Assembly: GCA_964530925.1 (NCBI GenBank)
Contig: CAZHBZ010000003.1
Location: forward strand, 33-64,032
Length of the DNA stretch: 64,000 bases
Source of the DNA: an uncultured Candidatus Saccharibacteria bacterium
GTDB lineage: Bacteria; Patescibacteriota; Minisyncoccia; UBA6257; 2-01-FULL-56-20
Direction: 5' to 3'
In this document: piece after piece, positions 7,431 through 17,105 of the stretch
Numbering within the stretch: position 1 is the stretch's first letter
Layout: every line of letters begins with the position of its first letter
The notes under the pieces: generated by a model
Told to the model about the DNA's origin: nothing
What the model saw: the letters and a program-made list of their open reading frames with translations, nothing else
The model's database searches: none
Made by a program: the position numbers and the translations under genes

Positions 7431-9251
7431 ATGGACCCAAAAAACATCCGCAATATTGCAATCATCGCGCACGTTGACCATGGAAAAACCACTCTCGTGG
7501 ACGCGCTTTTGAAGCAGTCCGCGGATTTTAAATTGAAAACCGGAGCGGAGGATACGCTTATTATGGATTCCAACGAACTCGAAAGAGAGCGGGGAATCAC
7601 CATTTTTTCCAAAAATGCCGCGGTACATTATCAGGGTGCAAAGATAAATATAGTGGATACTCCGGGTCACGCCGATTTCGGCGGGGAAGTGGAGCGCATC
7701 ATGCGCATGGTGGATGGCATTTTGCTTCTGGTGGATGCCAAAGAGGGTCCGATGCCGCAAACCAAATTTGTTTTGAAAAAAGCAATACAGGCCGGACATA
7801 AAGTTATCGTAGTTATAAATAAAATAGATAAGCCGGGCGCGAGGCCGAATTGGGCGCTGGAGCGCACTTTTGATCTTTTTATCGAACTTGGCGCTTCCGA
7901 CGAACAGGCGGAGTTTCCGGTGGTTTACGCATCCGGCGCGCAAGGCAAAGCGGGCTACGCGCACGAGCTCTCGGAGATGACCGACATCCGCCCAGTTTTC
8001 GATACGATAATAAAATATATTCCGTCTCCGGTAGTGGATGAAACCAAGCCCCTCCAAATGCTTACCGTGAATCTTTTTTACGATAACTACAAAGGCAAGA
8101 TTGCTATCGGCAGGCTTTATTCCGGAACTCTTAAAAAGAATGTGGAAGTCGCGCACATCGGACGCGACGGGGTAACCCGGAAAGCATCGCTTACGAACGT
8201 TATGCTTTTTGACGGACTCGCGCGGGTGGACGTAGACGAAGCGACCGCGGGAGACATTGTGGCCATCGCGGGAATTACGGATGTCTCTATCGGAGAAACG
8301 ATAACCGACAAAGACAATCCTCAGCCGCTTCCGACTATAGATATAGAGGAGCCGACCGTGAAGATGAATTTTATGGTTAACAACTCTCCGTTCGCTGGAC
8401 GGGAAGGACAATTTGTGACTTCAAGACACTTAGCCGATCGTTTGGCCAAAGAAGTGGATACCGATGTTGCTTTGCGCGTGATGCCGACCGACAACTTTGA
8501 TACTTGGGAAGTCGCCGGACGCGGAGAACTTCATCTTTCTATTCTTATCGAAAAAATGCGCCGGGAAGGGTTTGAATTTCAAGTTTCCCGCCCGCAGGTT
8601 ATTTTCCACGAAAAAGACGGAAAGAAACTCGAGCCGATGGAGATTTTGGCGGTTGAAGTTCCGGAAGATTCTACGGGCATAGTTATTGAAGAGATGGGCC
8701 GCCGCAAAGGGAATATGAAAGACATGCGTGTGGAAAACGGCATGGCTTATATGGATTTTTTGGTGCCGACCAGGGGCCTTATCGGTTTGCGCACTATATT
8801 TATGACCAAGACCAAGGGAATGGGAATAATGAATTCCATTTTTGAAGACTACGAAGAGTACAAAGGAGACTTTGAATCCAATCCACACGGGAGTTTGGTG
8901 GCTTCGGAGTCCGGCATTACCCGCGCTTACGGAATGATGGGCGCCGAAGACAGGGGAGAGCTTTTCATAAATCCGGGATTGGAAGTTTACGAAGGCGAGA
9001 TTGTCGGCCAGAACGCTAAGGCGATGGATATCCGCGTGAACGTTTGTAAAGAGAAACAACTTTCCAACATGCGTTCCAAGGGCGTGGGCGGAATGGAATT
9101 TTTGAAAGTTCCGCGCGTGCTCTCACTTGAAGACTCTTTGGAATATATCGGCGACGACGAACTTGTGGAGGTGACTCCGAAGTCTATCCGGATGCGTAAG
9201 ATCTATTTAACCGAAATCGACGAGAAGCGCGCTAACCGCGCGAACGCATAG
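7431..9251 (+). CDS. typA: translational GTPase TypA/BipA
   Basis: AHVDHGKT, RGITI, DTPGHADF, NKID and GRGELHL motifs; C-terminal DDELVEVTP. Confidence 0.97.
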   Translation: MDPKNIRNIAIIAHVDHGKTTLVDALLKQSADFKLKTGAEDTLIMDSNELERERGITIFSKNAAVHYQGAKINIVDTPGHADFGGEVERIMRMVDGILLLVDAKEGPMPQTKFVLKKAIQAGHKVIVVINKIDKPGARPNWALERTFDLFIELGASDEQAEFPVVYASGAQGKAGYAHELSEMTDIRPVFDTIIKYIPSPVVDETKPLQMLTVNLFYDNYKGKIAIGRLYSGTLKKNVEVAHIGRDGVTRKASLTNVMLFDGLARVDVDEATAGDIVAIAGITDVSIGETITDKDNPQPLPTIDIEEPTVKMNFMVNNSPFAGREGQFVTSRHLADRLAKEVDTDVALRVMPTDNFDTWEVAGRGELHLSILIEKMRREGFEFQVSRPQVIFHEKDGKKLEPMEILAVEVPEDSTGIVIEEMGRRKGNMKDMRVENGMAYMDFLVPTRGLIGLRTIFMTKTKGMGIMNSIFEDYEEYKGDFESNPHGSLVASESGITRAYGMMGAEDRGELFINPGLEVYEGEIVGQNAKAMDIRVNVCKEKQLSNMRSKGVGGMEFLKVPRVLSLEDSLEYIGDDELVEVTPKSIRMRKIYLTEIDEKRANRANA

Positions 9252-9280
9252 AAACACCCGGGAAATCCCGAGGTGTTTTT
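9252..9280 (+). terminator. intrinsic terminator
   Basis: AAACACC-CGGGA..TCCCG-AGGTGTTTTT hairpin. Confidence 0.6.
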
Positions 9281-9294
9281 GTATACTTAAGCTA

Positions 9295-10944
9295 GTGCTT
9301 AAAGACGCGATAGAAAAAATATTCGACGGCGAAGTTTTAGATGGCGAAAAATCTAGGGGATTTTACGCGCGGGATGCGTCTATTTTTGAAATAAAGCCGC
9401 AGGTCATTGTTCGGCCCAAAACCCGTGATGCCCTAAAGGCCCTGGTTAAATTCGTTTCCGCGCATCGAGCGGCAGGGGACATTAAAATGGAAATATCAGC
9501 GCGGTCCGGAGGAACGGACATGTCCGGCGGACCCTTGGGCGAATCCATTGTGGTGGATTTTATCGCGCATTTAAATAAATTAATTAAACTGGATAAAGAT
9601 GAGGCGGTGGTTGAGCCCGGACTTTTTTATAGAGATCTGGAAGTTGAAACGGACAAACTCGGAGTGATGTTGCCGTCGTATCCGGCCTCCAAAAGCATTT
9701 GCGCGCTTGGAGGAATGGTGGCCAACAATTCCGCCGGGGAGAAAACCTTGGCTTACGGACAAACCGAAAAATATGTTACCGAGGTCAAGGCGGTTTTATC
9801 TGACGGCGAGGAGCATTCTTTCGGGCCCCTGACTCGCAGGGAATTGGACGGCAGAGCAGGGGAAGATACTTTTGAAGGGGAAATATATCGGAAGATGATG
9901 TCCCTGGTCTTCGATAATCTGGAAACAATAGAAGCCGCGAGGCCGAAAGTCAGCAAGAATGCGGCAGGCTATGCGCTTTGGAATATCTGGGATGGAGAAC
10001 ATTTTAATCTGGCGAAACTTTTTTGCGGGGCACAGGGGACCTTAGGGCTCATGACAGAAGCCAGGCTGAAACTAATTCCAAAAAAGAAATACTCAAAACT
10101 TTTGGTCGCGTTTCTGAAAGACCAGGCGCCGGTCAGCGAATTCGCGCGGCGGGCGCTCGCGTATCATCCGGAAAGCATTGAGTCTTTCGACGATAATACT
10201 TTAAAGATCGCAGTCAGATTCTTTTTCGATATTATCCGGGTTATGAACGCAAGGAATTTTCTGAAACTCGTCCTCCAGTTTTTGCCGGAGTTCTTTATGG
10301 TTCTGCGTGGCGGAGTGCCAAAATTGATATTTCTGGTGGAGCTTACCGATGACGACGAGGGAAAATTGGACGAACGATTGGTTAAAATGCGGGACGATTT
10401 AAAAAAACTTCCGATAAGGGTTAGGGTCATTAAAAGTGAAGCCGAGGGGGATAAGTACTGGACCATGCGGCGGGAGAGCTTCAATCTTTTGAGGAACAGG
10501 ATAAAAGACAAGCAAACGGCTCCATTTATCGACGATTTTATCGTGCCGCCGGAAAGCTTAAGTGATTTTTTACCTCGTCTAAATGCTATACTTTTACCAT
10601 ACGCGGAGAGGTTGACTTATACCATCGCGGGGCATATTGGCGACGGCAATTTCCACATTATTCCCCTTATGGACCTGGACGACCCGGAATCAAAAAAGAT
10701 AATTCCGGAGCTTATGGAAAAAGTTTATACGCTCGTCTTGGAATTTCACGGGTCTATAACCGCGGAACACAACGATGGGTTGATCCGGAGTCCATATCTT
10801 TTAAAAATGTACGGAGAAAAAGTTTACGGGCTTTTTGAAGAAGTTAAAAAAATATTCGACCCGGAAAATATCTTCAATCCAGGTAAAAAAGTCGGTTCAA
10901 ATCTGGAATATGCTCTGTCGAAAATAAAATCAAAATCAAAATAA
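9295..10944 (+). CDS. FAD-linked oxidoreductase (GlcD / D-lactate dehydrogenase family)
   Basis: RSGGT, GGMVANN, HIGDGNFH, AEHNDG and FDPENIFNPGK motifs. Confidence 0.88.
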   Translation: MLKDAIEKIFDGEVLDGEKSRGFYARDASIFEIKPQVIVRPKTRDALKALVKFVSAHRAAGDIKMEISARSGGTDMSGGPLGESIVVDFIAHLNKLIKLDKDEAVVEPGLFYRDLEVETDKLGVMLPSYPASKSICALGGMVANNSAGEKTLAYGQTEKYVTEVKAVLSDGEEHSFGPLTRRELDGRAGEDTFEGEIYRKMMSLVFDNLETIEAARPKVSKNAAGYALWNIWDGEHFNLAKLFCGAQGTLGLMTEARLKLIPKKKYSKLLVAFLKDQAPVSEFARRALAYHPESIESFDDNTLKIAVRFFFDIIRVMNARNFLKLVLQFLPEFFMVLRGGVPKLIFLVELTDDDEGKLDERLVKMRDDLKKLPIRVRVIKSEAEGDKYWTMRRESFNLLRNRIKDKQTAPFIDDFIVPPESLSDFLPRLNAILLPYAERLTYTIAGHIGDGNFHIIPLMDLDDPESKKIIPELMEKVYTLVLEFHGSITAEHNDGLIRSPYLLKMYGEKVYGLFEEVKKIFDPENIFNPGKKVGSNLEYALSKIKSKSK

Positions 10945-10945
10945 A

Positions 10946-11965
10946 ATGCGTCAAAATCAAAAATATTTTTTTCTTACTCTTTTTATCGGCGTTTCGATTC
11001 TTGTGTTTTTTATATTGCGTCCGTATCTAGGGGCGATTTTCTTCGGCGCTGTCTTGGCGGTGGTATTTTCACCGATATATAAATATTTTGACAGGAAAAT
11101 GAAAGGACACTCTACTATTTCCGCGCTTTTGACGGTGCTTTTGGCAGTTCTCTTGGTATTGGTTCCGGCGTCCGCGATAGGAACACAGCTTGTTTTGGAG
11201 GCCAGGGAGGCGTATATGGATCTGGAAACCGGAATCGGGATAAATGCGGCGATAAACGAAGTCGCATCAAAAATCGAAGAAGTTATTCCGCAATTTTCGT
11301 TTTCTTCCGTAGATGTCGATTCTTACGCGAGGGGAGCTTTGGATTGGCTCTTGGCTCATTTGGGTTCGCTTTTCTCCGGCGTAGCTACTGCATTCCTTAG
11401 CCTCGTTTTGGGGCTTCTTTCTCTTTTCTTCTGTTTGAAGAACGGAAAGGAAATAAGGAGTAAGTTCGCGATATTAAGCCCTATGCCAAAAGGGGTTGAT
11501 GATGAGCTTTTGGGTAAACTTGAAACTGCGGCCAGCTCTACGATAAAAGGGACTCTAATAGTAGCGGTAATTCAGGGTCTGGCCGCCGGCTTTGGTTTTT
11601 TTATTTTCGGTTTGCCACAACCCATTCTTTGGGGATTGGTCGCGGCTCTTGCCGCGCTTATTCCGGCGGTTGGAACCGGCCTCGTGGTCGTGCCCGCATC
11701 CATCTATCTTTTTATTACCGGCGCGGCTTTTGCCGCGGTAGGGAACCTGACCTGGGGGCTGCTTATTGTGGGAACTCTGGATAACTTTTTACGCCCAAAA
11801 CTTATGGAAAAAGGCGTGGACGCGCATCCATTTATAGTGCTTTTGAGTATTTTGGGCGGCGTGAGCCTTTTCGGGCCTATTGGATTTATCGCCGGGCCGC
11901 TAGCGATAAGTTTGCTTTTTGCGCTTCTTGATATGTATCCGAAAATAATTTCTTCGGCAAAATAA
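10946..11965 (+). CDS. AI-2E family transporter
   Basis: Multi-TM; IPAVG, DNFLRP and GFIAGP motifs. Confidence 0.88.
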   Translation: MRQNQKYFFLTLFIGVSILVFFILRPYLGAIFFGAVLAVVFSPIYKYFDRKMKGHSTISALLTVLLAVLLVLVPASAIGTQLVLEAREAYMDLETGIGINAAINEVASKIEEVIPQFSFSSVDVDSYARGALDWLLAHLGSLFSGVATAFLSLVLGLLSLFFCLKNGKEIRSKFAILSPMPKGVDDELLGKLETAASSTIKGTLIVAVIQGLAAGFGFFIFGLPQPILWGLVAALAALIPAVGTGLVVVPASIYLFITGAAFAAVGNLTWGLLIVGTLDNFLRPKLMEKGVDAHPFIVLLSILGGVSLFGPIGFIAGPLAISLLFALLDMYPKIISSAK

Positions 11966-12001
11966 TAAAACCCGCCCCGTGGGTACGGAGCGGTTCTTGG
12001 T

Positions 12002-12736
12002 TCACTTCTTGCATTTATTAAACGCTTCTTCGTTTTCGCCAATCGCTTTGAGGAACGCTTTTAGGGTGTTCGTGACGATAGCTGCGCCGTAGAACCTATC
12101 CGGCGGCGTTCCGTCCTCATCGCTTCCCAATTGGATATTGGAGTCAACGATTCCGACCAATTCTCCTTTTAGATTGAAAAGACCGGAACCAGATTCTCCC
12201 GGGATAGCTGGACGGTCAAGAAAGATGTGCCCATCCTTCTCGCCCTGAGCCACGTAGTATACCTTTAGGAATCCGTTGGTTCCGTTCGCATTCGAATAGT
12301 TTAGAACGGTTTCGCCAACAGAAATTTTTTCCGCGAATTTGATTGGCGGTAGGTCGGCAGCGATTTCGGATTCGATGGCAATCAAATCCATTGGCGCGCT
12401 GAGGCCCTTAACCGTTATTTCCGTAAACTTCTGTTCCGTGGTTGGTCCAGTAGTTGTAATCGGTTCCGCGGTCACGGAGTTTGCGGCGAGAACATGGAAA
12501 TTTGAAATGAGCAGTCGACAGCCGATGCGTACCGCGCTGGCGGAAGAGGCATCTTCCGGGTCTTTCGTGCGGATATTTCGTGTTTCGAGCCGCACATATC
12601 TGTCCTGAGCGATTTTAACAGCTTCCATGAAGCTTCTGTCGGTCGCCGAGGGTTTGTCGTTCTTCAGAGCCGCATTGTCTTGAGCGTTAAGGAGCAAGGG
12701 GAGGAGAAAAACAATGATGGTTCCTCGGATGCGCAT
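12002..12736 (-). CDS. secreted trypsin-like serine protease
   Basis: Signal peptide; SNFHV, MDLIAI, PGESGSGLFN..GELVG catalytic triad; AGGAGG SD. Confidence 0.82.
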   Translation of the reverse strand: MRIRGTIIVFLLPLLLNAQDNAALKNDKPSATDRSFMEAVKIAQDRYVRLETRNIRTKDPEDASSASAVRIGCRLLISNFHVLAANSVTAEPITTTGPTTEQKFTEITVKGLSAPMDLIAIESEIAADLPPIKFAEKISVGETVLNYSNANGTNGFLKVYYVAQGEKDGHIFLDRPAIPGESGSGLFNLKGELVGIVDSNIQLGSDEDGTPPDRFYGAAIVTNTLKAFLKAIGENEEAFNKCKK

Positions 12737-12824
12737 GATTCACCTCCTGTGCTGCCTGAAGTATTCTCTCCGGTCATATAATTGTCAAACAAAAAACCCG
12801 GCGCTTTGCGCCGGGGTTACGGTC

Positions 12825-14120
12825 TTAATTGCTCCTTTTAACCCTGACAGTCGAGTAGGAGGCGAGGGGCTCGGGCGAACCGGCTTCCTTGGCTTCACCG
12901 ATTTTTTCGAATGTGATCTTGCCTTGTCTCATTCCGATGAATATCCGATCGTTCATTCTGATTTGCTCGGAACCAACCAGGGTGGTCAGAGGAGCTTTAA
13001 GTTCGTCCTCGATCTTCTGGCGGATGGGCCTCGCTCCGTATTCCGGGTGTTGGAGCGCTTCTTCGGAAATATAGGTCACAACCTGCGTGCTGATATTGAG
13101 GTGTATTCTGCAAATCCGCTTGAAATCTTTTACTAGTTGGCGAAGCTGAAGTTCGACAACAGCCTTAATTTCCTGCGGCCCGAGCTCTTCAAAGGCCACG
13201 ATGTTATTGCGGCATCGGCCGATGAATTCCGGACGGAAAACTTTACCGAGCTCATGTATGGCTATTTTCCAGATTTGGCTTCGATCGCGTGAATCCTTCG
13301 CGCTTCCAAAACCCATCTTACCGACCTGTTTAAGCTCCCTCTTAATCTCTTCCGAACCTGCGTTTGAGGTCAGAAAAACGAAGGTGTTCCCAAAGGAAGT
13401 AGTCTCGCCGGTGCTCAGCATTCTTAGCTGTCCGGCATCGGCGATTTCCATCAGGATGTTGTATGCGTTCGGGTGAGCCTTTTCGATTTCGTCAAAAAGA
13501 AGCACGGATGGAAGCCTGCCTCTCGTGCGAGAGAAGAGCTTTGGGCGCTTTTTATCTCTTTCTCTTTCGAATTCCGCGTTCTTTTGCTCGAAGGCTTCCG
13601 CTGCCATGGCAGTTTCTGGACTGGTTCTGTCGCGCCGTCTGGCTTCGTCATAGGCTTTCTTAGACTTCACAAGATCGAAGCAAAGCGCGGTAGTTTCCGG
13701 GTCATCCCGAAGAGCCCTGTCGAGAGTTCTGTTCGCTGGCTTATTGATTTCTTCCTGCGCGAGTTCTCCGTTTTTATCGCTGCCGATATAGCCGGCGGGG
13801 GAACCTAGCCAGGAGGCCACTTCGTGGCCGTTCGTGACCCGTGTGCAATCAATTTTGGTCATCGCGTCCGGGTCCCTCAAGAAGAATTCCGTAGTCAGGC
13901 GGGCCAGGAATGTTTTACCAACGCCGGATGGACCGGCGAAAATCATGAATACAGCTGGCCTATCGGAGTTGTGGAAGGGCGAACGATACAATTCGTAGGC
14001 CCGTACCAGTTTGCGAATAGCCCTTTCTTGCCCGACCATGCGGGACCTCAAGAAATCATAGAATTCCTGTCCAGCCTTTGAGAACTTTTCGGTATCAAGG
14101 GCGCTCAGTTGTCCTGCCAT
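12825..14120 (-). CDS. stand-alone ClpA/ClpB D2-type AAA+ ATPase
   Basis: VGQ, GPSGVGKT, GSPAGYIG pore loop, LFDEIEKAH, TSN, RPEF and YGARP motifs; no D1 or N-domain. Confidence 0.85.
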   Translation of the reverse strand: MAGQLSALDTEKFSKAGQEFYDFLRSRMVGQERAIRKLVRAYELYRSPFHNSDRPAVFMIFAGPSGVGKTFLARLTTEFFLRDPDAMTKIDCTRVTNGHEVASWLGSPAGYIGSDKNGELAQEEINKPANRTLDRALRDDPETTALCFDLVKSKKAYDEARRRDRTSPETAMAAEAFEQKNAEFERERDKKRPKLFSRTRGRLPSVLLFDEIEKAHPNAYNILMEIADAGQLRMLSTGETTSFGNTFVFLTSNAGSEEIKRELKQVGKMGFGSAKDSRDRSQIWKIAIHELGKVFRPEFIGRCRNNIVAFEELGPQEIKAVVELQLRQLVKDFKRICRIHLNISTQVVTYISEEALQHPEYGARPIRQKIEDELKAPLTTLVGSEQIRMNDRIFIGMRQGKITFEKIGEAKEAGSPEPLASYSTVRVKRSN

Positions 14121-14384
14121 AAACCCTCCTTTTTCTGATTGTGAATAACTGTCTTAGTTATACAGAGCAAGGGCCGGTCTTGGCAAGGAGCCATCGGACG
14201 GGGTTGACCCCGCACCGAGCCGAGCACAAGCCCTTTTGGCTGTCGCGGTTTTTTTAAAAATGTGGGTTGTATCCAGTAGTCCAAATTAATGTATTTCGAT
14301 GTTTGGTCGGGCAAGTAAGACAGCCGTGCTCGATCTGGTGACGGGGTGTTGACCTTTTTCGATTTTTTGTTAGACTTGGAAAAC

Positions 14385-14669
14385 ATGTTGGTAATAAGAC
14401 TTTCAAGGAGAGGGAAAAAGCATCAGCCAAGCTACAGGATTGTGGTTGCCGAAAAGCGTTCCAAGCTTACCGGCGAGGCGCTTGAAGACTTAGGTTCATA
14501 TAATCCTTTCAGCAAGAAGGCGACTTTAAATAAAGAAAGAGTGAGTTATTGGCTCAAGGTTGGAGCCAAGGCCAGCCCTTCGCTTCACAACATTTTGGTT
14601 AAAGAGAAGGCTGTCGAAGCTAAGAAAGTCGTAGTCAAAATAAAGGCTAAGAAGGAAAAGAAGGCCTAG
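14385..14669 (+). CDS. rpsP: 30S ribosomal protein S16
   Basis: MLVIRLSRRGKKHQPSYRIVV...LGSYNP. Confidence 0.96.
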   Translation: MLVIRLSRRGKKHQPSYRIVVAEKRSKLTGEALEDLGSYNPFSKKATLNKERVSYWLKVGAKASPSLHNILVKEKAVEAKKVVVKIKAKKEKKA

Positions 14670-14742
14670 TAGAGTTTTGGCCGTTGGTTATAATTAGTTT
14701 ATAATCTTGTTGGCTTGAAAGGTCGCTAATTCCATTTAAAAA

Positions 14743-15039
14743 ATGAATAATACCGCAGATCAGGAATTTCTATCGAGCCTTGTAAAGGCTCTGGTTGACC
14801 ATCCGGATGATATAAAAATCGAACGCAAAGTGGACGAACTGGGCATACTTTTGACTCTTCACGTGCATCGTGACGATATGGGCCAGGTTGTCGGTCGTCA
14901 GGGTTCGACCGCCAAAGCAATCCGCTCTCTTTTAAGGATTGTCGGTATGAAAAATAACGCCCGTGTGAATCTAAAGATTGAAGAACCCGAAGGTTCCACC
15001 TTTGAAAAACCGGAAGCTCCGGTCGCTCCTACTGAATAA
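14743..15039 (+). CDS. khpA: KH-domain RNA-binding protein
   Basis: LVDHPDDI, DMGQVVGRQG motifs; located directly after rpsP. Confidence 0.88.
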   Translation: MNNTADQEFLSSLVKALVDHPDDIKIERKVDELGILLTLHVHRDDMGQVVGRQGSTAKAIRSLLRIVGMKNNARVNLKIEEPEGSTFEKPEAPVAPTE

Positions 15040-15155
15040 ATAAAAAATCACTCCGCGATAAGGGTGATTTTTTATTCGAGTGGACAAAAATATTTCGATT
15101 GCTATAATTGTTTCGGGTTAAAAGTCATTAGTAATCAGTAATAAGTTTTATAAAA

Positions 15156-15725
15156 ATGCTTTCATATAACGAATTAACCAAAGGAACTCTGTTTATTTTA
15201 GAAGGCGCTCCATACGAAGTTTTGGAGATGAATTTTTTGCGGATGCAACAGAGGAAGGCGACTGTGAATACAAAGATTCGGAATCTTATAACCGGAAAAG
15301 TTTTGGAGAGGAATTGGCAAGGTTCGGATAGTTTTGAAGAGGCGGAGATAGAGCGGAAGAATTCCAAGTTCCTTTATGCCAACCGAGGAGAATATTGGTT
15401 TTGCGACGAAAAAAACGCCGCGGATAGGTTTTCTCTTTCCGAAGAAGTGATAGGGGATTCGGCAAAATTCCTGAAGCCCAACACTCCGGTCATCGCTACT
15501 ATATTTAAAGATAAGGTTATTAAGGTGGCTATGCCTATTAAAATGGATTTCAAAGTTGTGGAAGCTCCTCCATCTATAAAAGGGAATACCGCGCAGGGAG
15601 GAGATAAAGTTATAACCCTGGAAGGGGGAGCAACGGTGAGCGCCCCGCTTTTCATCAACGAAGGCGATATTGTAAAAGTTAACACCGAAACTGGCGAATA
15701 CGTGGAACGCGTAGACAAGGGCTAA
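15156..15725 (+). CDS. efp: elongation factor P
   Basis: KIRNLITG, KGNTA, PLFINEGD and NTETGEYVER motifs. Confidence 0.93.
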   Translation: MLSYNELTKGTLFILEGAPYEVLEMNFLRMQQRKATVNTKIRNLITGKVLERNWQGSDSFEEAEIERKNSKFLYANRGEYWFCDEKNAADRFSLSEEVIGDSAKFLKPNTPVIATIFKDKVIKVAMPIKMDFKVVEAPPSIKGNTAQGGDKVITLEGGATVSAPLFINEGDIVKVNTETGEYVERVDKG

Positions 15726-15774
15726 GATATATTATGAAGAAGCCCCGTGGATATCCACGGGGCTTTTGGTTGAA

Positions 15775-16908
15775 TCACTGATTAGCAATCGATCTTGTCT
15801 TGTCGTATTTGTATCTGGAGGCGCGGGGAGTGTCCTCCGCGTGTTTCGTGTTGATGGGAAGTTGCCAGGTCTTTCCATAGCGGGGATGGACCCCAAAGAG
15901 GATTTGGACGGGATCGTTGAAAAGTCCCAGTCCGGCGGCATACTCATCGCCGCCCTTGAGCGATCCGTTCAAGATATCCTCGCCGGTGGGCGACTGGAGC
16001 ATCGCGAACGTGTGAAAGTGGCTCATCACCGTGTAGTTGAAGAAAGTATCCTGCGAGGCCTTAATCTTCACCCACTTGGCGACTTCGCGGTTGATTCCAT
16101 AGAAGGGAATTGATCCCCAGGACTTAATGAGGTCGCCATGCATGACCAGGAAGTTCCAGCCCTGAATGTTCACGAGAGCCCAGAAGGACTTCGGAATGTT
16201 GAACGAAACATTCGGCTGCTTCTTCAACAGCAGCGCCAAGTTCGTGTAGAAAACGTAGTCCCAGCTCACAGACTGCTTGTGCTTGAAGTATTTCTTGGGG
16301 CCGATTCGGCCATGGTTGCCGACCACACAGGTGACCTTCACCTTGGGGAAAGCCTGCGCGAGTTCCAGAATGGCCTGTGCCGTGACAAAGGCTCCCAGAG
16401 TGGCCTGCTCAACGATGGTCAGGTCATTCGTTTCAGCCAGCTCTTCATGAATGATTCCCGAAACCATGTCGCCGGTCAGAAGCACATGAAGCTCCTCGAA
16501 GTTGTACATGGCCATATTCTGCCGCGTGAACTTGATGGCCTTGCCGACGAGGAATTGAAGACGCCGAACGAAGATGTCAAAGTTGTATTCGTTCAGTCCG
16601 CCCATTTCTTCCTTATTGATGGTTTCTCCGATGTGCCAGCAAGATCCGACAAGGACCGCGGACTCCGTGGTTTTCCTATCCTTCGGATTCAGGATTATCG
16701 GTCCCGGCGCCTTAACCCTCGGCAGAGCCGCGATGGATTCGGCGTTCGCTTCGAGAATCAGCCTTTGGGTCTCTCTGCTTCGGATTGCGATCTTGTACTT
16801 GGACTTCAGGATTCTGATTTCGCCGCGAAGCGATTCCAGAGCCTGGTCGTATATCATCCGTTCGGTCATGGTGAGAGGCTTTTCGTTCTCGCTCTTGCCC
16901 TTAGCCAT
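15775..16908 (-). CDS. calcineurin-like metallophosphoesterase/nuclease, phage-like
   Basis: S(C)WH, GDMVSG, GNHG, HGD and SHFH motifs; N-terminal coiled coil; AGGAGG SD. Confidence 0.75.
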   Translation of the reverse strand: MAKGKSENEKPLTMTERMIYDQALESLRGEIRILKSKYKIAIRSRETQRLILEANAESIAALPRVKAPGPIILNPKDRKTTESAVLVGSCWHIGETINKEEMGGLNEYNFDIFVRRLQFLVGKAIKFTRQNMAMYNFEELHVLLTGDMVSGIIHEELAETNDLTIVEQATLGAFVTAQAILELAQAFPKVKVTCVVGNHGRIGPKKYFKHKQSVSWDYVFYTNLALLLKKQPNVSFNIPKSFWALVNIQGWNFLVMHGDLIKSWGSIPFYGINREVAKWVKIKASQDTFFNYTVMSHFHTFAMLQSPTGEDILNGSLKGGDEYAAGLGLFNDPVQILFGVHPRYGKTWQLPINTKHAEDTPRASRYKYDKTRSIANQ

Positions 16909-17105
16909 TTCTCCACCTCCTATTGTGAATTGTGCTGGTTTTATTCTCTACCACTATTTTTTTGGAATCAAGGGTTCTAGCGCAAAATTCAAATTTATTG
17001 CGCAATGTGGAATTGGAAGAAGCTTTTTAGAAGCTCCGGTTTTGACCGGGACTTTTTTGAAAATCGTTGGCGGAAAGTTAAGATTTATCGTATAATCCTG
17101 CGGCA

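Noticed and set aside
7419-9059. Long antisense ORFs opposite typA (also 16138-16980, 22070-22722 and 54919-55536)
   Set aside because: They are shadows of well-supported genes on the other strand.
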